DNA of 64,000 nucleotides from Seison nebaliae. Taxonomy: Eukaryota. This document shows positions 27,164 to 40,602 of the stretch, in pieces (position 1 is the first letter of the stretch; each line of letters opens with the position of its first letter). The stretch covers positions 62,001 to 126,000 of the forward strand of contig JALJEE010002175.1 in the NCBI GenBank assembly GCA_023231475.1, in the 5' to 3' direction. The notes beneath the pieces are model-generated. The model had not been told where the DNA came from and made no database searches. It saw nothing but the letters and a program-made list of their open reading frames with translations. Position numbers and translations under genes: made by a program.

Positions 27164-28044
27164 TAAGGTTTCATGAAAATTTTAGAAGTTTTTCAAATTA
27201 AAATAAATTTTGTAATTCAATTCCGAGACGATATCTTCCCTCAAATCTTTAATTCATTCGAATATTGTGAGTGAGAGAATTTGGTGAGTTCACTTCGTCT
27301 TCTATCGATCTATGGGTGAGGGGTGAGAAGGGAGAAAGAATAATAATGAGGACGAAAAAAAAGTTTATCTATGATTTTTGAGGAATGTGTATATTCTCTC
27401 TAATCGATCGATTCCACGCAAATTGAAAGAAGCGACCGGAAAGCATTGCGAGCAAAGGAACGTGATATGCGATGAGACGTATCAGTAATGATGGAATATA
27501 AGGTAGGAGAAAAGGAAGGAATAAGTGTAACAGAATGGAATAAGTGTTACTTGACTCTTCGTACGTGTTCTTCATTCTCTTAAACAACTTTTCTTCCTTG
27601 ATTCGCACGTAACGAATTCGTGCGCGAGACCTTCTGAAAATGTCATTAGTCATGATAGACGATGAAAGTGAACACGAAAAGTATAGAAGAAAGACTAAAT
27701 GAAGAGGAAAATTAGTTGCGATTACTAAAACAAGAAATATTAATGAAAATAAGACGAATTATAATTATTACAATATTATCACAACAGATAATAATGGCAT
27801 TGATGATCGTGACGAATTCGTCCCACCTAACTTTCAATTACCAATAAAGACGAGATAGATCAGGAGGTAGCAATTCACTACTAACGAATTCCGTAATGAA
27901 TGCACAATGCCTTCTCTCGATTCTCCTTTACACACACCATCCATTAGTTGGTCGTTTCGGGAGTGAGAATTGGCGAATAGGCCGTTGCGTCTCGTGTTCC
28001 ACAAACTTGACTATTCTTTATTTATGACGATTGTTCTATTTGGC

Positions 28045-29100
28045 TCAACGACTCTCGTACGAGCAATGAACGACTGTGGAATATTTGGGGGGGAGATATG
28101 TATACACAATCATTACATATTGATTAGTGTCTATCTTCATTCTCGATGATGGAGAGACGAAGGTTCGGACTCTACAGTACGACGCATTATATGGTAGTGA
28201 TGTGTATAATATTGTACGTATATTAATAGCATCAGCTAACAAACTTGGTTAAATAAGAGATAGAAATCATGTAAAAATTCTCATTCGTGCAGATGGCACT
28301 CGCTTGTGCTCGTTACATAAAAATTGTGTTTGTGCGAATGAATCGTGAAATAATCACGAATGCCACTCCGATGTCATTAGTATCACGCTATCGACTTCAG
28401 ATAACTGTATCATAGTTGTCATCAGACAATTCTTTGACAAGAACGATAATAAGAGGGGAATGAGCAACAATCAGGTCATATCGATAGAGTGATGGGACAA
28501 GAGTGAAAAGATGAAAGAAGAATCCAAATAAGAAAGTAGTGAGTATTTGTGAACATTTTATATTTTCGTAAGCACATCCCCAATAATGGAGTTATAGATA
28601 AATAAAGTCATCTCTGATTTGTTTCTTATATGATCATTCGTCCAACTACCTCTATTACACAGATTCATCATAACACCATATAACCATTTGAGATGGATGA
28701 GAATGCGATGTGGCTCCTCCTCTATGTGACTGATGGTTATACCGGAATAAATTATTTCACTTCTCAACATTCGACTTTAATTATATTTGGCATGTGATCC
28801 GAATTTTCGATTCGACCTTCTCCATTATACTTCTTCAAAAACTAATTTTTCATCTACTTTCCAAGATTAATCGACGTCCTTTTCATCGAAGAAGCATTGC
28901 ACTTTTGGAGATAAACTTTCTCTAAAAGCATCAACCAAGCACACCGAACTCCGTTCGTGTTTAATTCTGACATTAAACTACTCGTACGTGAGCAACACAT
29001 TCTCCACTTGTACCCGATCGCTGACTCTACATGCTGCCGTGTTGTTCTTATCAGCTAATAATAAATTGCCGCTATGCTAAATTGATAAGTACATGTCCAT
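28045..29100 (-). mobile_element. Heavily decayed Ty3/Gypsy-like pol fragment (RNase H end, integrase)
   Basis: Stop-interrupted frame LLLADKNN...SDRVQVENVLLTYE*FNVRIKHERSSVCLVDAF resembles the Gypsy RNase H tail (TDHK...RVQRW..L.EF.F.I.H..G..N..ADAL). Downstream NIRTILYTSLPYN resembles the integrase GI.H..S.PY motif. Similarity judged by eye only. Confidence 0.35.
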
Positions 29101-32100
29101 CAATTTTAACTTAGCCCTTCAACTTTACTCTCATGACAAACATTACTTCTTCTCAACTTCTTCTCAACTTCTTCCGATTCTTACGTGATAACCATTTTGA
29201 AGGAAATTACCGTGATGAATCTTGTGCCTATTACCATCTCTCCCAACGGAAAATAGTTCATTAAAATCCTCAACCGTGAACACTAGTGTGATCTACGAGA
29301 TTACGTCACTGATATCGAAAAAACAAAATAAACTTTTCGAAAGAGTCATTACATAAACTTGTCGACTAATTTAAATTAAATATTAAAACTTATTGGCAAA
29401 CACATTATTTAAATCAATCTTCAACTTAATCCCAATTTCATTTCAAGATCCAATAAAGTAGATAAAACTGAATGTTATCGAATAACCAAATCTTAACATA
29501 ATTTCTCTCTTACCGTTAACATGATAATTCTTCTAATTCAGATTGCTGCTCAATAAAAAGAAAATTAATTTTTTTAAATTTATCTTTTCTTTAAAACATT
29601 TCACTAGATTTCTAAATTCGACTCAATTTTAATTTTAAACGGCGGGTACACCTAAAATGATGATATGAATAAAATGAAATACCACAATATTGGTAACAAA
29701 TTGAATTAGGGAAAAGGAAGAAATGAAGGATTTCCTCTGAAATTCAGTAGGAGAAAATCGGTTAATTTGTAGGGAGTCACCCTCGCTAATCATAACAGTT
29801 ATTTGACTTGGAGATAGAACGATGATGAATGTTATGATATCGTTTGGTTTGACGTGATCGACATCGTAATAACAATGACTCGCTTAGCTTGTTGACAAGG
29901 CGATACTACATAGTTGGGTAGGAGATTTCAGTGTAGAAAGTTTTATATGATAATCGTGTATCTAATAGTCAACGTAACTTCCACTTATTTGTGTCACTTT
30001 TTTGATGGATGATTCGTTTCTTCTTTTTTTTCTTATCTGTATTTGTCCTTTAAGAGACTTTATTTCGTTCACTTTTCGGACAATTGCGATTAACCTTCGA
30101 TGAGATACAACATATTATGAATTGTTTATTCCTTCGCATAAAATTCGTTTGTCTAATGATAATTATTATTGATCCTTTCGGTTGGAGCGAAATGGAGAAG
30201 AAGTTGAGAAACATAACACGGAATTGGAGGAATAATCTCTATGTCGACTAAGAGAGAGGATGGTGGCGGGTTTGTTGGGGGGAGAAGTTGACATGTGGAA
30301 ATGATGGAAGGGTGGGGGGGAATGACGATGATAATTATCGAAATCATCGAAATTTATAAAGGAAATTTTGAGATGCGAATATAAACATGACTGGAGGAGA
30401 AGGAAGAGCAGTGTAGCGATAAACGAAAGAGGAAAATGAAATTGAAGAATTAGTTCTTTTTTCTTATTTATTATCTGCACCAGTTATGTAATATGAGAAC
30501 AATATTTTATGGATAAAAGGTTCGATCTCTCGTCACGATTTTCACGATGCGTGCTCTTGTCTCCATTGAAAGGATTCGTGTGACAAGAGGATAGAACATT
30601 TGCACAGAATAGATGTCTATTATTCATTTTGCTTTTTCTCTCCCCTTCTCTCTCATTCCTTTTCTCGTTCATTTATTCCTTCCAATGTGGAATGGAGAGC
30701 TCATCTATTCGGAACAAGGACCGAACTCGCCAAACTATCAAGATGAAAAACAATGATAAGTAATGAATCGAAAACAACTAAATATGAAACTGAAGATCAA
30801 TGGTCATTCCGACAATATAGAATCTGAATGATTGCACTGCAGTCAAAAGCATAAATTTTCCTCGTTCATTCTACATAAACGAGTCGGAAGGACTCCGAAG
30901 AGAAAACGTGACATTTCATTACGTGTTCGAAATCTTGCCTCCTTCGCGACTATTGGATTTTCTCCATAGCGGCAGATAACTGACAATGGAAACAAGAAAA
31001 AGTTCATCATCATACTCATGAAAATGAAAGATGAAGATGAATAATCTTCCTATTGTAGCTATAGTGATTATCGTAAACTATCTCCACATAACAATCTCCA
31101 GCAATTATCTCATTATTAAAATGTGCTAGAATAATATTAAATATTATTTCGAATATATTTCAATAAGAATTTTTTCTATTAAGTTCTCCTCTAATCGATT
31201 TACATAACATCAATAAATATAAGATGAAATTGTTCGATCTGATGAAACTCATCCATTATCCTGAGGTTTTCCATCGTGTTATCATTTTCATTTCATAATT
31301 CATCTCTCATCGTAAAATGTTCAACGGATAAATTCATAATCAAACTATCAAAATTCATCAATTATTTGAAAATTTTTAGTTTAAAGAGACAATTATTAAA
31401 TTATTAAACGACATTATAAAGAGTTGTTGGACTGACGATGGATAACTTATCGATTATTTAGAATGGGAAGAAGTGACAAAAGAAAAACTATAAGTAAAAT
31501 TCTCGTTGTATTTGGAAGAATAGTAATTATTTATTACTAAAATAACTTAATTAGATCGAGAGTTTATTTTCGAATGATGGAATAAATAAAAACACGGATT
31601 GGTGTTGAATGGGACAATTGGTTATCTTATAAATATTGTTGTATGGTTGGAGAGTGGATGAAGAGCTGGGCTTCCTGTCACTATTTTGTTGTCACGTTAA
31701 CTGTCGATAGAAGGAATGTCATATGCATAATATCAGTACGTATGAATGAGAAGTGGAGGTATATCATTTACGATGACTATTTCAATCGATTTGAGGTGAA
31801 GTTGGTGTCTCATTCATCGTAATTGAATGAAAGAAGAGAAAATAAAAAAAGAAACATTGGCAAATATCATCATCATGATCTTTATTATATTGATTGTGAT
31901 CATGATGAATTTCATTGGGACGAGCACCTCGTTCCTACAATCTACAAGAGTGAAATGAGAAAGTGTTGTACGATTGTGTCACGAGTAGTGAGGAACGTAT
32001 CATTTTGTTCGACATTCAATCTGCAGCGTCATCATTTCCTCACGAACATGCGAGAAGTGTCTTAGCAGCATGAACGATTTTCGAGGAATGATTGTGCTTT

Positions 32101-33058
32101 GTTCAGAGAATTCTTCATTTGGCGTCCTCTTCTCTTGTTCTTACATCATCCCAGAAAGCTTTCCTTAATATTTTCCTACTTCGAAGCAAGTCGTCAAACT
32201 TTTTAAAGCCAGCAATTATTCGGGAGAAGAGAATGTGGAAATCATTAGAGATTAATACTCGCTTCGTGTCTCACTAACTACAGGAGAAGTTCTCAAGTCA
32301 CAGGCAAGAAATGCAATTTTCTTCTGCCTCATTTTCATCATTTGTCGCTAGCATATGTACAGCGAATAATCGTTGTTATCATGTAAAATATGTGGGAAGG
32401 GTGAACGACGAGAGACCACACAAGAAATGAATAAAAAGAAAACTATTCTCCTATGTGAACACAATGAGGCAAGATTGTCAACATCGCATTTACTTTCTTT
32501 GACATGCAACTCGTGCCAAAATGAAGCAGAATAATCAATTGACACGTAGAATAGTGTTCGGTGGTACCATTTCACTCCCATTGTTGATCTATGTACACAC
32601 AATTACACACAATTTGAGACAAGAAGTGCTCCCTCATATCCCGTCCTACCTTTACCCCACAATTGCCCGTTGTCATTGTGAATAGACATCCTATTCCTAT
32701 CTAATACGTTTATGGAAAACATTCCTCATAATCTTCCTGTTCTTTCATTGAGTGCCAATCTCCAATTATTTCCAAATTTTCGTGTCATTTTCATTCCAAA
32801 TATCATCAACCGTTAATGTTTTTATTATCGTTTAAAATGGAACGTAATCAAATTAAGAATGTTTTTCTTGCAGAAATGTTGAGGATGTTAAAGAAAGAAA
32901 TTGTAAATTTAATTTAAGATTGCGAAGAAACTAAAGGAATTGCAGTGAATAAAAAAATTTTTGGAGGTTAAACTATTACACGTTAAATAGATATAATACG
33001 GAAAGTGGATAATGTTTTTTGTGTTTGAGACCGGTATAATAAAATGGAGTTCGTTCAT

Positions 33059-35417
33059 TCATTTGATTTCATTCAACCTATTCACGGTTCTTATGATCCA
33101 AGATAAATAGGAACCGATTCGTGTGTAAATTCCGTAGCCTTGGCAGAATTCGTCACCGAAACTTACCAAACCGGTTTGTATCCAGACATGTTTCGGTAGA
33201 ACTTTATCCTTTTTAGGGAAATAAACATTCCGTTGCATTTTCACCATTAATGGCGAACCGCTATCACCCTAAAATAATTATTAAAATTTTGAAAAAAATT
33301 TAAATTTCAGTTTCAGGGTAATGAAAAAGAAAACATTGCAGGAATCTAATTGATGGACGATATCGCCTGCACAAATTTGATTTGATCGATTGACACGAAC
33401 ACCTACTCGATCCGCACAAATATCGATAGGTTGTGCTCGTACAATTACTTGCCGTAATGGTACACTCGCCTTTCCGTTATCTGGATATTTTAATATCCGT
33501 AATATATAGATGAATATAAAAGAAGATGGAGATGAACAAGTTGTGTAGCCCCAGCCACTCACTATCATTGGTTTCGTCTCCAGTTCGTGCACTTCGGAAG
33601 GAGCAGGTAAACAGATGGGACTGATTTTATTTGTATATGTCACCGGTTTGTTTAATCGGACTAGGGCGATATCATTCTTTTCAATCAATGCTTCATAATC
33701 CGGGTGCTTCAAACAGACGTATAATGGAAAGTATATGAGTTCAAACTCGTTCAAAAATTGCGGCCGTTCTCGCTTGAATGTCGCTATTCTTGTCATGAAT
33801 TTCCGTATATTTATGAATACCGAAATAGAGACTGACATTATTTCTAAAAATTGACACAGATTTGATATACACTACATATTCAAAATGGGACAAACATATT
33901 ATTATAACAATGCGCAGCGGTTAAGACGAAATTGTTATTGAGGAGAGCACCTGCACATAATTTGTAACCTTCAGAATGAGCCCGTTCTGACAGAATGAGA
34001 ACCACCCAAGGATACGAATTCGGATTGACAATATTACCACCAACAATTCTACCGATCGTTGCTGATGATTTCTTTTTCGCCATTCCACAAAGATCGGGAA
34101 AATCTTAAGAAAGAAATTTGAATTGATTAAATTTAAAAAATTCGAACTCTTTTTATACAATTTCTGGAGATCTTCATTTAATTCCTTCACAATTTTTGGA
34201 ACGAATTTCACATCTTCCGTACTATCTGGAGAATAGAGAATAAATATATTATTCAGAACTATTCATTCATCACGTACATATAAGAACTACACTTCTATCA
34301 GACGATTATGATCTAACTCGAAAATCCCGAAAGTTATTAAAAATTTGCACAAAATATGATTTTTCGACGTTTTTTTTTAATTAAATCACTGGATTGTTCT
34401 ACGGAGAATATTATTGTAAAAATTATGGAAGAGAAGACTTTGAAGTCTATTTATTTAATTATTATTACGTCCACCAAAAATTTTGAAGCTTACCAATTTC
34501 ATCATTATAAGAAAAGAAAGACGATAAAGATGATGATAATGATGATGATGGGATGACATGTGATGATGTAATTAATTGGGGCACAAGACTTAATTGGTTG
34601 GAGGGGAGAAGTGGCCATTTGTTCGTCTCATCATCTTTATTCTTTAGAATCTCCAATTTCTCAATAAGATAATTCAAACTATGAAGAATACTTTGTTCCC
34701 ATGATGCAACGTATTGGGGGAATGTTGTAGTGACGAGAAGGAGATCACTCGAATTTAATAAGATCTTCGTTGTCTGAGGTTGTTTGGGTTGTAAGGCGTT
34801 GAAGAAGTTGTGATCAACATCCGTTTCATAATCATAATCGTTATCAAATATTTGTGAGTCACTTTCGTGATTTGGATGATCTGATTGAACATCATTTAAC
34901 ATCAATCAATCGATCAATCATAAAAACAATTAAACAAACAAAAAACGAGTTTTTAACCTGTGTTTGGTACAACTGAATAAATGACGAAACCGAGAAAAGC
35001 GCCCATGATTAGGAGGATAATTATCACCACAACCCACCACTGCCGATAATTCTCTTTGAGATTCTTCAGAAACCTTTTCCCAATTTCTCTCCTTTTTCTT
35101 TTCACTTTTTTGTGCTCCTCATCAATTTCTTGTCTTTTCTTCATCAATTCGCCGGCTCTCAATGGCGTCAATTGGTAGATTTGTTGGGGTGAGGATTGAG
35201 GGGTATAATTATCGGAGAGAAATGCTAAATTCTCATAGTATAACGTCTGAATGTTAGCATGCTGATCGGCGACGGATGGCAAACTGATATTATAAACGGA
35301 CAGTTGACTTTTCGGCAAATGGGGCAGAGGCTGTTGTGAGTCTTCTTCGTCGTAGGAGGAGGTGGTTGAGATGGAGAATTCTCCGGGTGAAACATAATTT
35401 TTTTGTTGCGTCATCAT
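33059..35417 (-). CDS. Type II transmembrane trypsin-like serine protease (S1A), 8 exons
   Basis: Cytoplasmic N-terminus, TM segment (WWVVVIIILLIMGAFLGFVIYSVV), stem, LCG, activation site R-IVGG, triad motifs TAAHC, NDIAL and DSCNGDSGSP. Seven GT-AG introns restore the frame. Confidence 0.85.
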
Positions 35418-38400
35418 CTGAGATTAAGTACTGAATGATGTTTATTAATCCATTCGGTCGAGTTCCTCGATCAGAGACGACGATGGACTGATAAATGGTC
35501 AATGGTGAATGTCTGACCAAATCACTTTACATAAGACGGAAATTGAATAAGAAATTGTGGAAGAGATTTAATTCTCTCATACGAACTCATGCCATCGAGA
35601 CATCAATGTATAGAAGAGGAAACATCGATTTGTTGAGATCTGTTTCTATTAGTTGATTATCTGTAGAAGTTACGAATAAATCTATCAGGAGTTACAGAAT
35701 GCCGTGTTGGAAGAAAGTTAAGAGGAAATAAACTAGGAAAGTTCATATTTCTTAATCGAATGGAAAGAATGGATAGAAATCGTAAGAAATACCATTGCGA
35801 ATGTCTAATCGTCTAGTCGTCAGAGATGATGTAAAGAGAATTTGAAAATCGTTTCTCGATCAACTTCACAAGTACCTAAGAAATTTCGTAATTATTTCCT
35901 ATCAATCATTTTTAATATGATCAATTTCACTAATCATAGTCATCATGATCTGCATAGAATGTTCGGAGTAATCTCATAAAAATTTAACGATGAACTTAAA
36001 AGTCAAATTATTAATTTCCGTATTCTGACGACAAGCCACCACAACTTACGAATGACTTATGAATTATCTGCTGTCAGTAAATGCCAATCGAATGAAGATC
36101 ATCATCTGTTAAATTTTCCACTAGAAGAGTGGATTCCAATTGATAAAAGTGTGAGAAATGACGGACAATCTATTGTGAGTATGGAAATGTCGATGGAGGA
36201 AACCATCATATTCTACATAATAATTTCTTTGCTGAAGAATTTCACTCGGAGAAATTACTCTCTCGTTTATTAGATGAAAGAAAAGGAAAGAATTCATTTA
36301 TATCCACTTACGAAATATGACGACGACGAGACGTAATGGTTACCAAGAAAGAAAACGTTATGTATGATGATAAGGAGGAAATAGATGATAGTGGATTTCA
36401 GGAACAGTAGAAGTGAAGAAAAGGAAGGAAAAACTTATCGGCAGTTACATACCGAAAATGGACTTATTTAGCACGATCGTTCTATGAAATAATTACTTAA
36501 ATTACACCAGTTCCCACAAACATAACTTTATGGAACATTTTCGTTTCATTTCAAAAAAAAACTAAAAGTTCTCCAGGCGACAATCAGGGAAATTTGCAAT
36601 AATTTCTAATAATCATTTCTCATTAATTCTCTTCTCAATGACGACGTTTCAGTGAAGAACTCTTGAAAAATTGAAGAGAACTTTGTTCTATTTGACGGAA
36701 GTAAAAAAAACCGTTCAAATACCATAAACATTTGGAAGACTCTCAAAATAACCGTATGTTTAGTGGCGGGGACAAAGGAACTTGTTATTAAGGAAAAAAG
36801 GAACGTATATTAGGCAACGGAATTTATTGAATATAGAAACCATGAGATGGTGGCGGAAAAACTGTTTTATGGAATTGGATAAAAACGATGAATAAAAAAT
36901 AGTCAATCAATCATCAAGTTTGGACGACAATGAGCATAAAGTGAGAGCGGATGTGTAACTGGATAAGGAAATGTGAGAAGGTACTTCCATTAATTGGATG
37001 TATGATTTGTAGGGAAAGAATTTTCATATTCACATGTCGTAGATACGTTCGTTATTTTACCGTTCCTTTCCAATTCCCCATTTCAAATAAAGTAGAATGA
37101 TTTATAAAAGTTCCTAATCCTGACATTCAATGACGTCAAGTCGTCTTCAATCATTTCTTCCGTATCCATCTTTTCTACCTGAGGGGAGGAAAGTTGTGAA
37201 CATTATAAGTTTACTTCTCCGCCATGTACATGTATATGTGGATCTCATTAAATCTATTCCGCGTTAGTCATCATTATGCTATTTCATGGGTCCTTATGTC
37301 GTCATTCGATTGGAATTGATATCAAATAACGATGACGCCTGATTCGAATAAATTAATTGTTTACAATGAGAAATAAAAGAATAAAATCATTAGCAAACCA
37401 ATTCTTCTATTATCCTCTCAAACACATCTCTTTGATCTACTGATTATCTTCCACTAATCGAACGATAAGACGAGGAAATGACGAATAACATCATCAATTC
37501 CTCCCACCAATCTGTTATCGATCGAATGGAGTTAGACAAAGTAATTTTAAATTTACCTCACCATTTTGGACGAGAAGTTGAAGAAGAAGAAGAAGAAGAA
37601 GTTGAATAATTTGCGGAAACTATTGGAAATTAGTTGCTTTAAAATGATTCCAATATTAACATATTATTTCACTATTAACACGACGGAGAATTGGAGATGA
37701 GAGGAAAGGAAGAGGCAGAAAACTTCATTCATAATTTGCCCTCGAACCCAAATACCTTGAACTTGCATCGTAGGAAAATGAGAGAAAATTGAAAAATATC
37801 ACAAAGTTTCATGTTCCATATGATTCGATTCCTTCCTGAAACAAAAATTTGGAGTTATAATTGAACGTATGGGAAGAAACGATATCGTCCTTCAAATATC
37901 ATTGTCGTTTTCGTAGTATTAACACGGCACATAAAAAAAGACAACAATGAAATGAATTTCAAATGAAATTCTCTCAATTCTTCCTCGTTTTAACTAGTCT
38001 CCTTCGTTAACGAATCGATTTCTCCCCAAATGACTAATCGATAGAGACATATGGAAGAAATGAAGTGGATGTGATGAAGTGAGTATAATGTGTGTTTTCT
38101 GCACCATCTGCTAATGACTCATCATCAACAATGTAGAAATTAGAGAAATATTTAGAAATTAAATTTATAGAATAAAAGGTCGTTACGTGTCATTACCGCA
38201 TCAGATGATTCCATCGAAGGCCTCCATTTCCATGAAACGTTTGACGATTAAGGACGAATGTGATAAGAAGAAGAGACACGATGTCTCTTTTTATTCTCTT
38301 CTAGCGTAAGTGTTCGATGTCAGTAATGTCATTGCAACTTTCCCGTGTAACTTATCAGAAAATATCAGTTGATCGTAACATAGAAATTGTAGTCCTTCAA

Positions 38401-39140
38401 GTAAAGTGTTGAGAAGGGAAACATTTAGAATTTTCCTTTGTAGAATTAGTAATTGTGTAGAGGTGGAATGTGAAGATAAGAGAAAAAGTTCGTATCGTCG
38501 GCGAAAGAGAAGACAAAAAAAGGAGTTGATTGGAACTGAAATACAAATAACATCTCAAAGAAGGCTTCAGTCGTATGAGTCGTCCTTCAACTTCATTCCT
38601 CATCTTTTCTTCACTGACATCTTATCGTCTATCAGTTGACGACCGGTAGCGTTACATTCGAAATGGAAAGTGGCTGATCCTCGAATCAATCCATTTCATA
38701 TTAGAAGGAATGATGGAATTCCATCCTTCTTCCACACACGGAATTCTCGTGTTAATTCGACGGATATATCGTGAGAGAAGAAACGGGGAAATGTTTCACC
38801 AATCCAAATCATTATTATTGATAGGGAAATTACTAATTTTGTCTTTAATAGAATTTCACTTCTCTTCAATTGAGAGGAGAGACAATTGAATCAATTCCAC
38901 CGTTTCTCTAATAAATATGTATATGCTCTTTGTATGAATAGATTACAGCTGTCACTATTCATTTGTTTTCTACTTAAAAGGAGAAATAACGGAAAGTCAC
39001 TTCCGTTCATTTTATTAGTATTATTAACAAATATACAAATGTTACACATTGTAAATAAGTCACTTTCCTCCTCATCTTACCATTTCCTTTACGTACTACG
39101 TTTATCAATTCAATTATTTGTTTATTACACAATTTGCTAA

Positions 39141-40374
39141 TCAATTCCGCTTATCCAAATCGACGATATACTCCGACAGTTTTCTCAGATATTTCTCCAC
39201 CAACTCCACACTCATCAATCGATAATTTGCGAATGTTTTGCTCTTCCTCAATTTCTCTTGTTTGTTCGTCATTTGTAGTAGACCGCGGACTAATATCGCT
39301 TCATAGTTCTCACTTCGCATATGATCCTGACCATAAATCTTCTTCAATTCTTTGAATGCCGGTTCGTCAGATAATTCGTCTCCCAAACAGATTGTTATCG
39401 TTCTCTTCCATTCTTCCACATTGAAATTCCTCATCAATTCATCCACCACATTATGGTTCTTGATCTTGAGAGTGGAATCCGTATAATTACTTCCATTGTG
39501 CACATATTCGGCAAGCCAAATTAATGCTTTGCCTTTATTCCAATCGAAATCTGGAGAGACCTCATATAAACCATTACCTGAAACATATCATCATATATAT
39601 TAAATAAAATTATAAAAAAATAATAATTTTAAATTTTAAATAATTCAAATTTAATTCAATTAATACAATATAATTAAATATGAAATATAAATATTTTATT
39701 AATGAAACTATTTAAATCTAACCAGGAACCATCGATAAACGAAGTGAATTGGTTTTTATAATTTTTTCCATGATCTTCAAAACCATCCCACAATATTTCC
39801 GTTCCAATTTCACTTTCTCTTCTTTCGACGCTGGACTGGCTTCGATGTAATGTCGAATTCGCTTCGTAAACACCGAACTGCCAATCTGTTTCACTTGAAT
39901 ATCGACATAGTCCATAAGAATTTTATCGTCGATGAATTTCGTTTTTTTCAATTCATTCTCCAAATTCTTATGGAGAGTATCAAAATCATCAACGTAATCC
40001 TTCCCGATATTCTTGATCTCCACGTTCTCATAACCTTGTGATGTCACGCTGTATTTCTTGATGTCGTAACCATGACAACCAGCCACCAATATATCATATT
40101 TTCCTAATTTCTCAGCACCTTGATCAGAATCGCGACCAGTTATCAGGAAAATGTTCACCTGCAATGATTTACACGCCTTCGCTTTCGAAAATAATTCGTC
40201 CAGTGCACTTTTCATTTCATTGGTGAGTGTGGCATTGACGGGATCAATTTCAGGAATGTTCACCAAAGTTCCGTCGTAATCGAGAAAGATATTGAGATAT
40301 TGAACATTCTTCAAATCGAACGCCAATTTCGGTTCAACTAATTTCTTTATATCAACTTCTTCCACTTGAGACAT
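39141..40374 (-). CDS. Standalone trehalose-6-phosphate phosphatase (HAD IIB, OtsB-like), 2 exons
   Basis: Motif I FLDYDGTL, ITGR, AGCHG, YEVSPDFDWNKGKALIWL and motif IV CLGDELSDEPAF. One intron at 39578-39722. Confidence 0.85.
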
Positions 40375-40602
40375 TTGGAGGAAAAAAATGAAAATTGAAT
40401 TCTACAAAACTAAACAAAGAGAAATAATAAATTTTTCGAATTGAGTCACTTTATACCGTTATGTTACTGCTCTTTCCTTTCGAATGGCATCGATTGGAAT
40501 ATGCTTTTATTTCAACAACTAAAATATCTACTGATAATGGAAAAGAATTATGCAAATAATTTTGAGTATTTTTCTTATTCATATTGTTGAGCCTAAAAAT
40601 TT

